DNA of 64,000 bases from Eutreptiella sp. 'Long Island Sound 2002' (lineage: Eukaryota > Protista > Euglenida), in NCBI GenBank assembly GCA_964036045.1, contig OZ038378.1:95852001-95916000 (forward strand), written 5' to 3'. Made by a program: the position numbers and the translations under genes. Positions 1 through 12,440 of the stretch are shown one piece after another; positions within the stretch are counted from its first letter, which is position 1; every line of letters starts with the position of its first letter. The notes below the pieces were generated by a model, which ran no database searches, was not told where the DNA came from, and saw only the letters and a program-made list of their open reading frames with translations.

Positions 1-440
1 GACCCCCCCCCCCAAGATAGGCCAATCTGCTGTGTACAGGCCCCTGATTGCTGTACCCACGAGTCTGGGCTCTGCAGAGCCCAGCTTTCTCCGCCACTGA
101 GTTTTCAGGGGTTGTAATACTGGTTTTTGACACTCTAGGCTCTGCAGAGCCCAGCCGGTCCCCACTATCTGATATGTACCCGTATCTGGTCATTTTCAGT
201 CGCTTTCATGTTGCTTTCATAGACTCAGACTGATCATCGAGGGGGGTGGCAATGCAACCCCCCCCCCCCCCCCCAGACAGGCAAATTTGATGTTTACACC
301 CCTGCTATCACTGTATGCCAAGTCTCTGGGCTCTGCAGAGCCCAGCTTTGCCTGACACTGAGTTTTAAGGGGTCGTATTACTGGTTGTTGTTACTCTGGG
401 CTCTGCAGAGCCCCGCCTGTCACCACTGCCTGATATGTAC
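1..440. repeat. Two ~261-bp tandem units, each a poly-C tract plus a pair of CTGGGCTCTGCAGAGCCCAG palindromes
   Basis: CTGCAG cores at 72/142 and 333/403; poly-C tracts at ~3-13 and ~258-274. Confidence 0.85.
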
Positions 441-1002
441 TCCCATCTGGTCATTTGCTGTTCCTTTCTTAGGGCTGGGCCAGTCCTGGACCATGCCATC
501 TTCGTGCTTTGATCTGTGCACACATCTCCATTCTTTCGTATTGTAGTGTGCACCCGCTGCGTCAGCCTGTGTGACCCTCGAAGAGGTGTGCCTGGCACTG
601 CCGTACTCAGTGTTACCATTATTGGAGTTAAATTGCCACAAGCAGGCTTGGCTGTGGTGTTGCAGGCCATTTGCACAGGCCCAATTTCCAGCTGGTTCAT
701 ACCTGTGTCAACGAGCGACGTTTTAGTGGGCCTGTTTGATGCTGTGACCATCAATGTGCCCCGGACATTGTACTTGAGATGCCTCTGCAGTGATTTGCTG
801 TTTTGAAGACACTTTTGGCTATTTCAACCCATGTGGGTCCCAATTTGAATGCTTTGATCCGACTAATTTGCTGTCCAAATCTGCCATTTGCCACCATTGA
901 TGCTTTGAACTGTGTGATTGTTGTGCTGTTTTTGGTGACTTGATTTTTCTTGTAAAGTCCGTGTGTTTTTGGACCATGTGTGACATACCAAACGAAGTTG
1001 CC

Positions 1003-4000
1003 ATGGATAACACCGCTGGGATACCAGCGATGGACACACTGGAAGCCGAGAAAGTGGACGCACTGCAGTCAGAGCCCTCCATAGAGGATGCTATACAGGG
1101 CAGCACTGTTGCTGGGGCCAGCCAGACCAGTCAATCTCCCTCGCAAGTGGTGAACAAGGGTCGTGTCGCAAGGAAGATGGGCAGTATCAAGGACTCCTCA
1201 ACGGTACTGGCCATTCAAAACTACGTGGAGGCGCGGAGAGCGAAGGTGCCGCGCAAGGAACTGAAGATTGACAGGTGCATGGAGTATGGCCACTCCAGGA
1301 TCATTGATTGGGACCACGTGGCGGAGGTGAAGGAGGACCTACTGGCAAACCCCCCCGATGGCCGACTGCAGCTTCTGGTTTGGGACGACAAAGGTATGGG
1401 ATTGTTGCGACGCAACTCGATCAACGTAATTGGCTACGTGCCCTGCCCTATGTGACCTGCCATGCTGTTGTATTCAGTGGGAGCCCTGTGGGTGATTGGA
1501 GGCCAACACGGCGTTGCGGCGTGTGATGAAATTTGCAAGGATGTGACAGCAAGGATGGGCGAGGTCGAGGATTGGATGACTAATCTTGACGTGCGCATCA
1601 TCAAGTTTGATACATCCGTCGAGATCAGGCGAAAGTTGGCCGGACAACACAATAGGGCGCAGCACAGTGGGCGTGAGAGCAGTGTACCCCAACTGTTGAA
1701 CAATTTCCTACAACTGGCGGCTGAGGACACACAATGCAAGAAAACAGTTGTCACCTTGATGTGTGAGGCAATCGTGGAGGCGGGGCTGACTGCGAAATCC
1801 GGCAACACGGAGACAATTGTCAAGCAAATAAGGCCAGCTGCCCATATGGCCCTGACCTGTGGTGCCACTTTCACGGACGCACTCAGCAAGATGGTGGAAC
1901 GCAAGCAGGTGATTGCCCTTTACACAATGCGATGCTTTGCTGGAATGCAACCCGACAATTTGTGGCGCGTATGCAACTACATGGCCTCGCCGAAGAGTAC
2001 GGTACCGGGCTTCCAGAAGCTGGCAAAGGAGCTCCGCGCTGGGGAATTGTGGTGGTATCACTTTGGTCATCCCGACATGCCAGTTGAGCGCATCCACCCG
2101 TCACGACGTATGCTGTTGCTTTGTAAGCCCCTGCCTTTTGTTGTGATCGGGCCGCTGCGACAGGGAGCCTGGATGAAGTGTAATGACCGATTTCAGTGTG
2201 ACAGTTTGGGTCTGCTGGGCTCTGCAGAGTACAGGATCCGCTGGGTTGCCAGTTGACTGCATGCAAGCTTGCAAAGAGACTCTGGATCCGTTGGATTGTC
2301 CGAACTTCTGCAACTTCACTCATGATTACCGGTGCACTCTTGCCTAATGATGTCCAAGCCCCCCCCCCCCCCGGGAGAACCCCTAATTCACCATTTTGGT
2401 GATGCTAGGCTCTGCAGAGCCCAGATGGAGGGTGTTGACCAATTTCAGATGCCATATTACCATCTGGAGATTTTGGGGCTCTGCAGAGGCCAGGATCCCC
2501 TGGGATGCCAATTGACTGCATGTACAGAGACGCTTGATCTGTTGGATTGTCCGAACTTCCGCAACTTCAGTCCTGATGACCGGTGCACTATTGCCTAATG
2601 ATGCCCAACCCCCCCCCCCCCGGGCAACCCCCCAATTCACCATTTTGGTCATGCTGGGCTCTGCAGAGCCCAGATGAAGGGAGCTGACCAACTTCAGACG
2701 CCATATTACCATTTGGAGACTTTCGGGCTCTGCAGAGCCAAGGATCCCCTGGGATGCCAATTGACTGCATGTACAGAGACGCTGGATCTGTTGGAATGTC
2801 CGAACTTCCGCAACTTCACTCCCGATTACCGGTGCACTCTTGCCTAATGATGTCCAAGCCCCCCCCCCCCCCGGGACACCCCCTAATTCACCATTTTCGT
2901 CATGCTAGGCTCTGCAGAGCCCAGATGGAGGGAGTTGACCAAATTTCAGACGCCATATTACCATTTAGAGAGTTCTGGACTCTGCACAGCCCAGGATCCC
3001 CTGGGATGCCAATTGACTGCATGTACAGAGACGCTGGACTTGTTGAAGCTTCCTTGACGCTGGACCTGTTGACCACTGCGCCCTGGCCTATTGATATCCC
3101 ACGAACTCCCCCCCCCCCCCCGGGCCAGCCCTTAAATTGCCAAATTAGTCATGCTGGGCTCTGCAGAGCCCAGATGAACCACCGTGACCAATTTCAGCCT
3201 TCATGTTACCAATTTGATAGTTCTGGGCTCTGCAGAGCCAAGGATCAAACAAAATGCAAATTCACGCTTTGCCGGATCGCTGTGACTTGGTGGATCGCCC
3301 TCCTGCCCTCCTCTATGGCTCCTGTACACACAGGCACAAAGACTGAAGTGGCTCGTATCTCAAAGAAGTTTAGTCACCGTCTGGCGAATTTTGGTGCATG
3401 GCAAGGGAGCTGGGAGTACAGCGAGAGCGCGCCCTGGCCACCGCTCCAGGCGCTGTTGAAGGCAGGTCTGTGGGTCAGCGATCGAGAAGAAGTCGAAGCC
3501 CATCACAGACTGCTTGTGAGACCAGTGTTGAACCCAGCTGTTGAGGTGTCTGGTGGCAAGGTGGCCAAGGTCAATGTTGGCAAGGGGTCAGAATCTGGAG
3601 AATTTTGGACGTACGATGGATCGGTGACCGCAGTCCCAAATGAGATCAAAATGCTGAAGTACAATCTCGTCATTGTTGAAGTCCCGCGGCGTTGAGGGTG
3701 GATCCCTGGTGCGCAGATCGTGCGTATGCTGTCTCAAGGGGTACTTGGCGCCTTTCATGGACACCATGGGGATTTGGTCGCTGTGGAACAACACTTGCGG
3801 TCGCAATTGGAAGATTTGTACCCAACAGCTTTGCGCATGGCTGTGTACCACCTGGGGCGCCGAGAAGAGCGATATTTGTTTGAGCAGTAGACCTTGTTGC
3901 TGGTGAAGACCCATGGGCTGGGCCCTGCAGTGCCGCACTTCCTCACACAAAAGTCGTTCACTGAAGGTCTGTGGCCGGGTCTGGCTATTTTGTGGTGGTC

Positions 4001-4682
4001 GGTGAATTTGCTGGAGGACCCCAACGAAGACTCGGACGACGTGCACATGGATGGTGATGCATCGCGCTGCCTGTGGGCACTGTACTATGGCCGCCGCCCC
4101 GACCTGATCAGTCTGGGTTGTATTCACTTGCCTGTCCCGTTGAATTGCGCATGGGGTGTACTATCCGATCGTCCCTACAATGCAGCTGCTGTGATGAACC
4201 TGCTGAAGACGAGCGTCCGGAAAGGGGATACGGAGGAGGATGTTGAGTGGCGGAGTGTCACGCACTGGGCAAGCACCGGGCAGCCGCTGTTCCGGCAGGA
4301 GTCCCCTGACCAGGCAGCAGACGCGGACACGAGTGAGTCAGAAGTGGAGGAGCCGCCGGGTCCGCAAACTCCCAAGCCGAAGGGGAGAAACACCGAAAAG
4401 CAGCGGCAGAAAGAGCATGGGAAGGCGGAGCGCGAGTCGCGGAAGCAAGAGGAGGCACGGGAGAAGCAACGTAAGAAGGAGGAGAAGGAGAAGGAGAAAA
4501 AGGCAAGAGAGGACGAACGAGCAAATCGCAAGAGGAAAGAAGAGGAGGATAAGTTGGCAACGGCAGCCGCTGGGGCGTCCCCATCGCAGAAAAAAAGGGC
4601 AGTTGAGGGCCTGCAGGCCACCGTGCAACGTGGTGTCCGGATTGGCTTGTCCAAGAGCAACGGCAAGAGCAAAGGCAAGTGA
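1003..4682 (+). pseudogene. Three-exon gene (exons ~1003-1393, 1478-2107, 3334-4682; ~790 codons) encoding a ParB/Srx-like domain, a degenerate beta-class N6/N4 methyltransferase-like region and a K/E-rich tail
   Basis: GT-AG introns 1394-1477 and 2108-3333 join ORFs 940+, 1462+ and 2754+/3894+ in frame (both phase 1). The first splice builds QLLVWDDK-V-GALWVIGGQHGVAAC, a ParB-like GGQH motif preceded by RIIDWDHVAEVKEDLL. Exon 3 has YNLVIVEVPR (motif IV-like) and DDVHMDGDASRCLWALYYGRR (motif I-like). Two in-frame stops (TGA 3693-3695, TAG 3888-3890) and no frameshift. The exon-2 donor and the start codon are best guesses. Confidence 0.6.
2215..3245. repeat. Intronic tandem repeat, ~250-bp unit, ~4 copies, each with a poly-C tract and paired palindromes
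   Basis: Palindrome cores at 2412/2481, 2661/2730, 2912/2982 and 3161/3230, plus a single core at 2222; period 249-251 bp. Lies inside predicted intron 2. Confidence 0.9.
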
Positions 4683-4899
4683 CTGGAGGCCCCACATACC
4701 GCTCGATCATGACTGTCGCTGGACCATACGGGACATACAACCACAGACGCGTCCGTGTTACTGTGCTGGTTTTGTGAGCCCCTGATGTGACTGGGCCTGT
4801 CCTGTGCAGTCCCAAGTGGTTGTGGGACAGTGAATGATGTGCCTGTTTGACGCTGTACGTGTTTGTGGCTGATTTTGACGCTCATTTTTTTAATTTGCA

Positions 4900-6180
4900 C
4901 TGAGCTGGGCTCTGCAGAGCCCAGCTTGCCAGATTTGCTTGATTTGCCCCCGAATATGAACAATTTTATATTGCTCGGCTCTGCAGAGCCCATCATGTTG
5001 TTTCAGGCCAATTTGCATGCCTCCTGGTGGTACGCAGTGCTGCTTTCATCTCAAGAGTGTCCCTGTGTCCCTGTGTGCATTTGGTTGTATCAGCACAACA
5101 TTGTGCTCTGGCATTTCTTTTGGTACGTCCCTCGTTGACACAGTGTGCCAACTGTCGAGTTTTCTCACAATTGTGGTCCATATACGGTGCCAGGTTTGTG
5201 TGTATGAGCCCCAGATGATTTAATTCTTGCTATTTTTTTACCAGTCCATGCCCTGCAAAGTCCAGATGCCTTTTGTAACCTCGATTTGGTCCTGACATGT
5301 TCTGTTGCCCGTGCCTGGGCCCTGTTGAGCTCAGCTGAACGTGTCTGTCATTTCGAGTTTACCAGGTACGCCCTGAGTCCAATTTCAAGTCAGTAGTTTG
5401 GGCACAGGTTTGCTTTTTATCGCTGAGCCCTGTTTTACTCCTCGCTGTCATGTATGCTCAATTGCATTGATCTGTTGGGCCTGTGTCTTTTCATTTCTCT
5501 AGCGGTTGACAGTGCGTATGCTGGACAGTGGCCTGACACTGTCTACTGTGCGATGCTTAATTTTTTGATGCGATTTGTGGCAGGTTTTTGTTGGTGTCAG
5601 CCATTTATCGATAGTTCAACATTTGCTCGGAACTTAGAAGGGGGAACAGTCTTTGTGTGGCCAGGTGTTAGTAGGTGCTTGTGAACCACATGTGGGGACA
5701 CATCAGTCCGTAGTCAATACAGCATCCAATTTTGTTGTTCTGGCGGACCTCCTACAGCGCACATAACGGTTTTTACAACTTCTGTGCCTTGTTTTGTGTG
5801 TGTTCGTGCCTTAGACTCGTCAACTAGTGTGTACAACTTCCATGCCTTGTGTATGACTGGTGCTCTAGTGGTCTATCGCTTATTGAGCTGAGATTTCTTT
5901 CGGTGGGGGGGGGGGGGGCGGGGGGGGGGGGGGTATAGTCCGATGCCTATTGTAGCCATTACTACACTGGTGGTCTGTCTTGTTTATCAATAGCGTAATT
6001 CATGGGTGCTTTGTGATGTTTGTATTGAGCCGGGCTCTGCAGAGCCCAGATAGTAGGAATTCCCTATTTAACGCCCTGTTACTACCTGTTTGCCTGTACA
6101 CTGTTGTGTCGGTGTACCACCCTGTACTATTACCCCTGTTTTTAGTGAATTTCATGTATCTGGGCTTTGCAGAGCCCAGC
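4900..6180. repeat. Further GGGCTCTGCAGAGCCC palindromes downstream of the ParB-like gene
   Basis: Cores at 4912/4981 (69 bp apart) and at 6037 and 6167 (130 bp apart). Confidence 0.8.
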
Positions 6181-6579
6181 CTTTCAGAAATGCTGCCTTG
6201 CACCCTCCTTTTGTACAGGTGCTGTTCTCTGTTGTGATAGGTGGCACCTTCTTCACAGGCGGTGCATGTACGGTCATGATTGCCGTTACAATACCACGGG
6301 TGCTAGAAGAACCGCACCACATGCCGTTGCCACCTACGTGCTCCATTTGTAATATCAGACTGTGAAACATAGTTTTATGGTGCAACTGGTCCATTTTCGG
6401 TATTTCAGAACTCCAAAACTGGAAAAAACAGTCGCTGCGCTTGTATGCTGTGGGGGCCCAAAATGGTGCCTTTTGGCTGCTTCGCACCCCTGAATTGCGT
6501 GTCGTTCCTCCTCCCGATAAACCCACGCCGGGAACCACCCCTCCGTTACGCTTGGCTATGCAGCAGAGAGGCTAGGCTC

Positions 6580-6960
6580 TGTGCAGGACATGAATTTTTT
6601 TTGAAAAAACGATAGGGGGCACTATGGGCCTCCTAAGATAGGGGCAAAAAACTGACTTTTTTAAAAAACGATCCTAGACCATGTGTGATGCTAATACAAG
6701 TGTTTCTGAATTCCTTTGAGCTTGTGGTGGCCGATTTTGGTCCTCTGAAAATCCAAAAATGCCTTGAAAATGGGCTGTTTTTGGTCCTAAAATGGTTCAA
6801 AAATGGGTCAAAAACACATTTTTCCAAAAATCATCCTAGACTATTTGGGGTGCACCAATGGGTGAAATGAGCCCATTTTGAGCCCGTTTTGGGGTCATTG
6901 TGGCCCCTCAAAATTCCCAAAAAGCCTTGAAAGTGGGCCTTGTCATCCAGGAGATCACTT
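6580..6960. repeat. AT-rich probable dispersed-repeat fragment with A/T runs
   Basis: Composition shift and recurring short motifs (CCAAAAAT, CCTTGAAAxTGGGC, ATCCTAGAC). Single copy in this window, so dispersed status is inferred. Confidence 0.35.
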
Positions 6961-7688
6961 GCAAGCTGATTCCACTTTGTCAACGGCCTTCAATGTGTGA
7001 CTCATTGGTGTCCCTCACCATTCATAGCTGATGTTCCCTCCCCCACCAGCTCGGTCCCAATATTCAGTCTTGATTAGGAAAGGCGAAACTTCACCCCATG
7101 GGGGGGCGGGGGCAGGTGTCGCAGTCAAAAGAAATTGCCCCAAAAGGGAAGAAAAAAATGCTAGGTAGGAAGAGATTCACCAGAAAACTGATGTCGTACA
7201 TGTGCATGGAATTGCTCCCGCAGCGGGTGGCCGAACCTTGTCTGCTCATGCTGGGGCGTGGCATGGGGTTCACCAGTGCGCAGTGGGTTACCGGCAGTCC
7301 GCCCCCAAGTTGCTCCAGGATGTGCTGGGGCAGCACGAGGCGGGCGAGCGGTTCATGACTAGCCAGTTTGGAGGGGTGTGTATCTTCTCAAAATGACGTG
7401 AAGCTGCTAGTGAGCTACAATCTTCATCCCCGCTTTTTGGGTTCCAATTTGGTGTTTGTTGGTGTTTAATTAGGTGTTTGATGTCGTTCAATCATTGGTG
7501 TCATCGCTTTGATGGAGCCGAGCTTTGCACTCATTATCCCACGAAAATCGATGGCTGATGTTTCGGGCACTATGAGCAAAATTTTCTTCCCTTGCGTGGG
7601 TCAGTCTTAGATCGTATTACCATGGCTTCGGCACCCTCAACGGCTCCCTTGGGTGACACCCCCCCCTCAAGCCCAAGCCCCTTGCAGT

Positions 7689-9621
7689 ATGGATGCGGTG
7701 TGGCACAAAGAGACGATAGGTGCTAAGAAGTGGCAGTGCCCTTGTAGCAAGGATTTGTGCATTACCATGGGCCCTAGTAGCAAGGCCTTCACAAATGTCC
7801 ACAACAAGGGGGAGCAACACAAAGACTGACTGCAGGTGACATCACTGTTGTAGTCCTCCTTGACGCCAGAAAGGACGCGCCCAACTAATACCACAAGTTC
7901 AGGGGTGAGAACAAATTACAGGCGAAGGTACACGGATCGGAAGACCGCTAAAAGCGCCCCCTCATCCCCGGACCGCTGATAGCCTTCCGCCTTCGGTTCT
8001 AAGCCTAGCGCCTACCGATTTGTCCTAAGCGAAGCTGTGCCTTGGGACAATGGGGTGCTTGGTATAGCACACTTGCCGGCAACGATGGGGCTGGGGACAT
8101 TGTTACATTCCCAGACGAACCCTCATACCTATCTTGATTTATAGTGTTGAAGGACACTACTGCCATGCATTTACAACAGACTTCATTAATATGTTAGATG
8201 CATGGTTGCGGTTTGCGATGTTTCACTGGAGCCCGTGGGCTGGATTCAGCCGGAAGTGCCGCCTCCTCTCGCGCAGGTCAAAGCAAGAACGCGTGGGCTC
8301 ACCTCCTCTATTCCGTCAGTGCATCAACGCATTCATTGCGCAGGATCCCCTAGTTGGAGGACGGCTAGGCCAATCGTATCACATGAAGAAACGCCTCTAT
8401 GGCAGGCAATAACGCCTCCGAAAAGAGGGAGCTTGGGACACGGCCCATTGCGAGGCACCACTACTGCCCACGCCACCCATATCCTTTTCTTGGGACTCCT
8501 TATGGAACATGCTGAGAATCTTCAAAAAAATACTGGTTTGCCTATGACTTTTACTAGTGCGGAGATCGCTACTTTCAGTTGGGCCCTGGTATTCTTCTGT
8601 GCGCTCGGGTACCTACGGGTGAGAAGTAATTTGAATGCCCCGGGTGATAGCTACCGAAGCTGCCCAACATGACTACCTTGGGGTAGGATTTGGCCGAGGT
8701 GTCAAAATGAAAAATATCCCAACCGTCCGATAAACACACTTTCCAGACTGGGATGACTTGCCGAGCAGTCGTGACTTTCGGATCATCTCATTTTGGCTTC
8801 CTTTGATTTTGGCGTAGGCAATGAGTGCTAGGACATTTGGTCGCAACCATGAGTTCATGCTTACGTGGGAAGGTGCCTTCCTGACTGAATTTCACAAGTG
8901 AATTCAACAATCCTTGGGTGGATAGTCTGAGGGCCATCAATGGGTTGCATAGAACCACGTCTCTTAGTTCACCCCACTCTTTTGTGACCAATGCGCAAAA
9001 GTTTGGTGAGGGAGAAGGCAACGCCGCCCACCATAAAACCCAGTGCCCTTTGCGCGGCGCGCAGAGTATTACCCTTGGCACAGTAGAGATAGGGTGTGTC
9101 ACAGAGAACGGCATGTGTCGCCCTATTTTTCCTTGGATCCTCCATTCACCAAAACACAACACCATAAAACGGTTGACGCCGTCCTAAAAAGTGCACTTGT
9201 GAAGAGAAAGAAGCACCTTCTACCGTTGTTCGTGAAGGGGGCAGTCTAGAGTTTTGAGCCAGGACTCCGGGCGCGTCACAAGTTTCAACTTGTACCACAA
9301 GCGTTGAAAAACGAAATCTTGTAGGCCGAGGGCCACCTTGGTTGTTGGGGAGGCCTTCCAATCATCTGCCGGTGACCTGTGTTGCACCTTGAGATACGAT
9401 GCAATGAGTGCTAAAAAGAAGTCCTTGCTCCAACACAGCGACCACACTGGTGGTGGCAACCACTCATTTGGGGGCATGAGAACATTAATTGGATACGATT
9501 GAGTGCTATATTGGAAGCCAAGAGGGTGAATCCTGCTCTCCCATGTTCGGAAGTATGTGCAGGTTGTCCTCAAACACGGCTGATGTTTTATGGACTCACT
9601 GTCCGGTGGGGAGGAAAGGGG
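7689..9621 (+). pseudogene. Heavily decayed transposase-like frame (family C), with an N-terminal C2H2-like finger and Transib/Chapaev-type motifs; ends at the palindrome boundary
   Basis: WQCPCSKDLC...VHNKGEQH near 7730-7825. One frame from ~8640 to 9620 with many stops contains FCDQC (8983-8994) and PVLHLEIRCNEC (~9376-9410), resembling the CxxC and LH motifs of CMC/Transib transposases. Confidence 0.3.
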
Positions 9622-10222
9622 CCTATGCATCCTCCATTGTTGCATGGCCATGGGCCGCCTCCAAATGGCTTTCATTGAGCCCCGCCTAGGGCACCTTCCC
9701 AAGGACAACGCCGTTGCCGTGCAGTGCGTGCTCTACGGGGCTTGCGCCGGCGTTCCGTTGGGGGCCTTGGCTTCGCCCTACGGAGAGGAGGCACCGGTGT
9801 TGTACCTCACATGGAAGGAGGTCAGGCCACTATTGGCCTACCCCTCAATGGACGAAGAGTGGCAATCTTTGATTGCCATGCGGGTCCTCCTCCGGGAGTT
9901 GTACTCGGATACCCCAACACGCGTCCACCTACGGGCCGCGGAGGTCGCGCGGGCGTACCGCCTGCATTGTTGCAAGGCCGGCTGCCAATCGAACTACCTC
10001 TGCTACTTGGAGTGGGATGTGACATTGGCGGTGGCGAATGCGGCGCGCCTTGGGGTTGGGTTGGCCGCGGTGTGCGGTGATGTTGTTGAGAGAGTCAACA
10101 CCATCGTCAAGCGGGCCTACAAGGACCACACAGCCCGCAAGGGGTGGGGGGGATGCCGGGGGCTAGGGCATTGGAACGGGAGGCGGAGGTGGTGTTGCAA
10201 GCATGGGAGTGTTGGTTTTTGA
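9622..10222 (+). pseudogene. 3' fragment of RAG1/Transib-like transposase, family A (copy L1)
   Basis: LCILHCCMAMGRL...YLEWDVT...GDVVERVNTIVKRAYKDHTAR; 5' part absent because of truncation at 9622. Confidence 0.7.
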
Positions 10223-10338
10223 AATTTGACCTTCCGTTAGAACACCATCGGGCACCACATATGGCCCCATGCACTATGGCCAAAGTCCCCTACCCTCTTC
10301 CTTTTCGTCCCCTCCCCTAGGTTTTGTTTCACCAATCC

Positions 10339-12440
10339 ATGGATCAAGACAGCCTCAAGGCCATCTTGGGCGACATGATGAAAGCCCAAGAAAAGCGCCT
10401 GGTGTGCTTGTGTTGATTGTTGTTTGCTTTTTGTGTCTGTTAATTTTTGGGCAGTTTCAATTAAGTTTTGCAGGTTAATATTCACGCCGGCAACTTCCAA
10501 TATTCATTAAGTTAGTTAATATTAAGTGGTTCAATATTAACCTCGCTAATATTATTTCACAATCCGAAAAATTAATATTTTTTGTTTTTTCTCCTCAGAT
10601 GTCCCACATGGAACAGTGCCTGCAAGCTGTAGCAGCTCCAACAGTTGCAACAGGTGCAGCTCCACCACCACCACCACCACCACCACCAACGAGAGCTCCC
10701 TCGCCAAGTCAAGGGGGAGAGGAGTCAAGCGACAACTCCTCTCACTGGCGGCGGGAGCGCAAGGAGAGGTAGGGAGAGAAGGAGAGGGAGGAGAAGGGAA
10801 GGAGAGAGAGAGCCAGCGTGAGAGCGAGGCTACCGGGGGGGGGTCAAGGAGGAGGAGAGTGGGGAGGTGGTGCTGGACAAGGGGGGGGGGGATGGGGTGT
10901 TGGAGGAGGGGGAGTGGGACGTGGTGGAGACCAAACCCCCCCCAACCACCCCAACAAGCTAAACCTCCCCCAATAGCTCCTAAAAGCCCTAAGGCCCACT
11001 TCCGCGGCCACCTGCAAGCCCGCACTTGTGCCGTGGTCGGCACAGGCCCTCCAAGAGGGCTGCACAAGGAATCAACCCTTGTTTGCAGGCGCGTCCCACG
11101 CGCACATGACCCTTGAGTGGGCCTTTCCACGCCTCGTGCGGTTCCAAATTCCCCGGCACGGGGAAAACAAGGGCACGTGGCGGCGGGATAGCGAACGAGG
11201 GGGCGCATGGGCCTCGCGCCCTCTGCCCGGCGAGCCCCTCAGCCCAGTGCCAGAGGGCATTAGCGTCGGGTCCTTGAGCTCGCTCAACTTATGCAGCGAC
11301 CCGCGAAGTGCGCGGTACGGTAGCGCACATTTTCACATGGCCCTCCAGCGTTGAGTCACGCTGGAATGGTGCCGCTGGTGGCGGCCGGGGAAGGGGGTGC
11401 ACTTTGCGGTCCAATGGACTGCAGTCTTGGCACCCCCGCACCCCGTATACGACCCCGCCGAACAGCACCAATACGAGGGGTCAGGGGCGGCGGCACGCGG
11501 AACACTGCCACCGCGTTCGTCAGGCGGCCGTCTCTGCCGCCGCCGCCGCCGCGCCCGCCAAACTTAATGGTGGACCCCGTGGAGGCCCCGACGGCCACGA
11601 CACACTTTAGGACACCATTGGAAGCTGTCCCATAGCAAGGAGCGCCGACTGGTTTTGAGGTATGTGTGCTTGCTTGTCGGCTAATATTTGGACTTTTGTG
11701 TTGAACTTTTGTAGGGTACCGTCTCATTTTTCGATCACCGGTGCAAAAATTGGAATAAACAGATAATATTATCTTAGAAAAAATAAAAAAAACTCGTTAT
11801 AAAAATTAAGTGTTGTGCTGTCCGTCTCGTTGCCGGTGACCGATGTTGTCATCAACGCCACGGACGCGCGGCCCGCGCGCGCGTCTTGGCGTGACGGCAA
11901 TGCGGCCAATGAGGTGCCACTCGGTCACCTCCGCCGCCTTGTCGCAGCCGACCCGCGCTTGGGGTTGGGCACCTTGAGGGGGTTGAGGGATTGCGAGCAG
12001 CGGAGGGTCTTCTCGGAGGTGTGGGTGGGTGCAACGAGGTACATGGCTGGGGAGTGGGCCAGGTTAGGGCAGATGGGGTACAGAGGGGCAGAGGATGAGG
12101 GGATATGGACAGGGATGGTTGGGGGTGATTGGGAGGGTGAGGGAGCGTTGAAAGAGGAATCCCCCCCCAAAGATCGAACCACCACCCCCCAAACCCCCAG
12201 TCACCAAAACTGGTGACAAGAAAAGCTCCAGATGGCATTTTGAGCGCGATGATTCGTCGGATGAAGCCATCCCCCCCACCGGAGGAAAGCGAGGGTCATC
12301 TAGGTGGTATACCCGAACAACCCCCAGCTCTACGAGGTGAACTGTGGCCTCCTCTTCCCCACCCCCCAAGGTGCCCAAGAACACTTGGACTGCGTTCGCA
12401 ACGGCAAGGGGAACCCCCCCCCCAGCCTTCGGATCCACCG
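10339..12440 (+). pseudogene. ORF2 of the tandem unit (copy L1): spliced gene of unknown function, Pro-rich, with a possible small C-terminal beta-barrel
   Basis: Exon MDQDSLKAILGDMMKAQEKRL (10339-10401), GT-AG intron 10402-10598, then in-frame MSHMEQCLQAVAAP. A second intron at ~11660-11835 joins GAPTGFE to VTDVVINATD; the intact TTTGCAG acceptor is visible in the copy at 43575-43581. Confidence 0.5.

Noticed and set aside
65-3245. CRISPR-like array of palindromic repeats
   Set aside because: Spacers within clusters are copies of each other, spacing alternates ~70/~180 bp, there are no cas genes and the context is eukaryotic and intronic.
3693-3890. Stop-codon reassignment explaining the in-frame TGA and TAG
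   Set aside because: Both are single transitions from common sense codons (CGA/TGG, CAG/TGG), and neighbouring elements show similar decay plus frameshifts.
6580-6960. Host assignment to a euglenid, from a remembered resemblance of this repeat
   Set aside because: This is an unverified recollection that cannot be supported without a database search.
10339-12440. ORF2 as a RAG2 homolog
   Set aside because: No kelch repeats or PHD Cys/His pattern, and it is co-oriented rather than convergent with the transposase.
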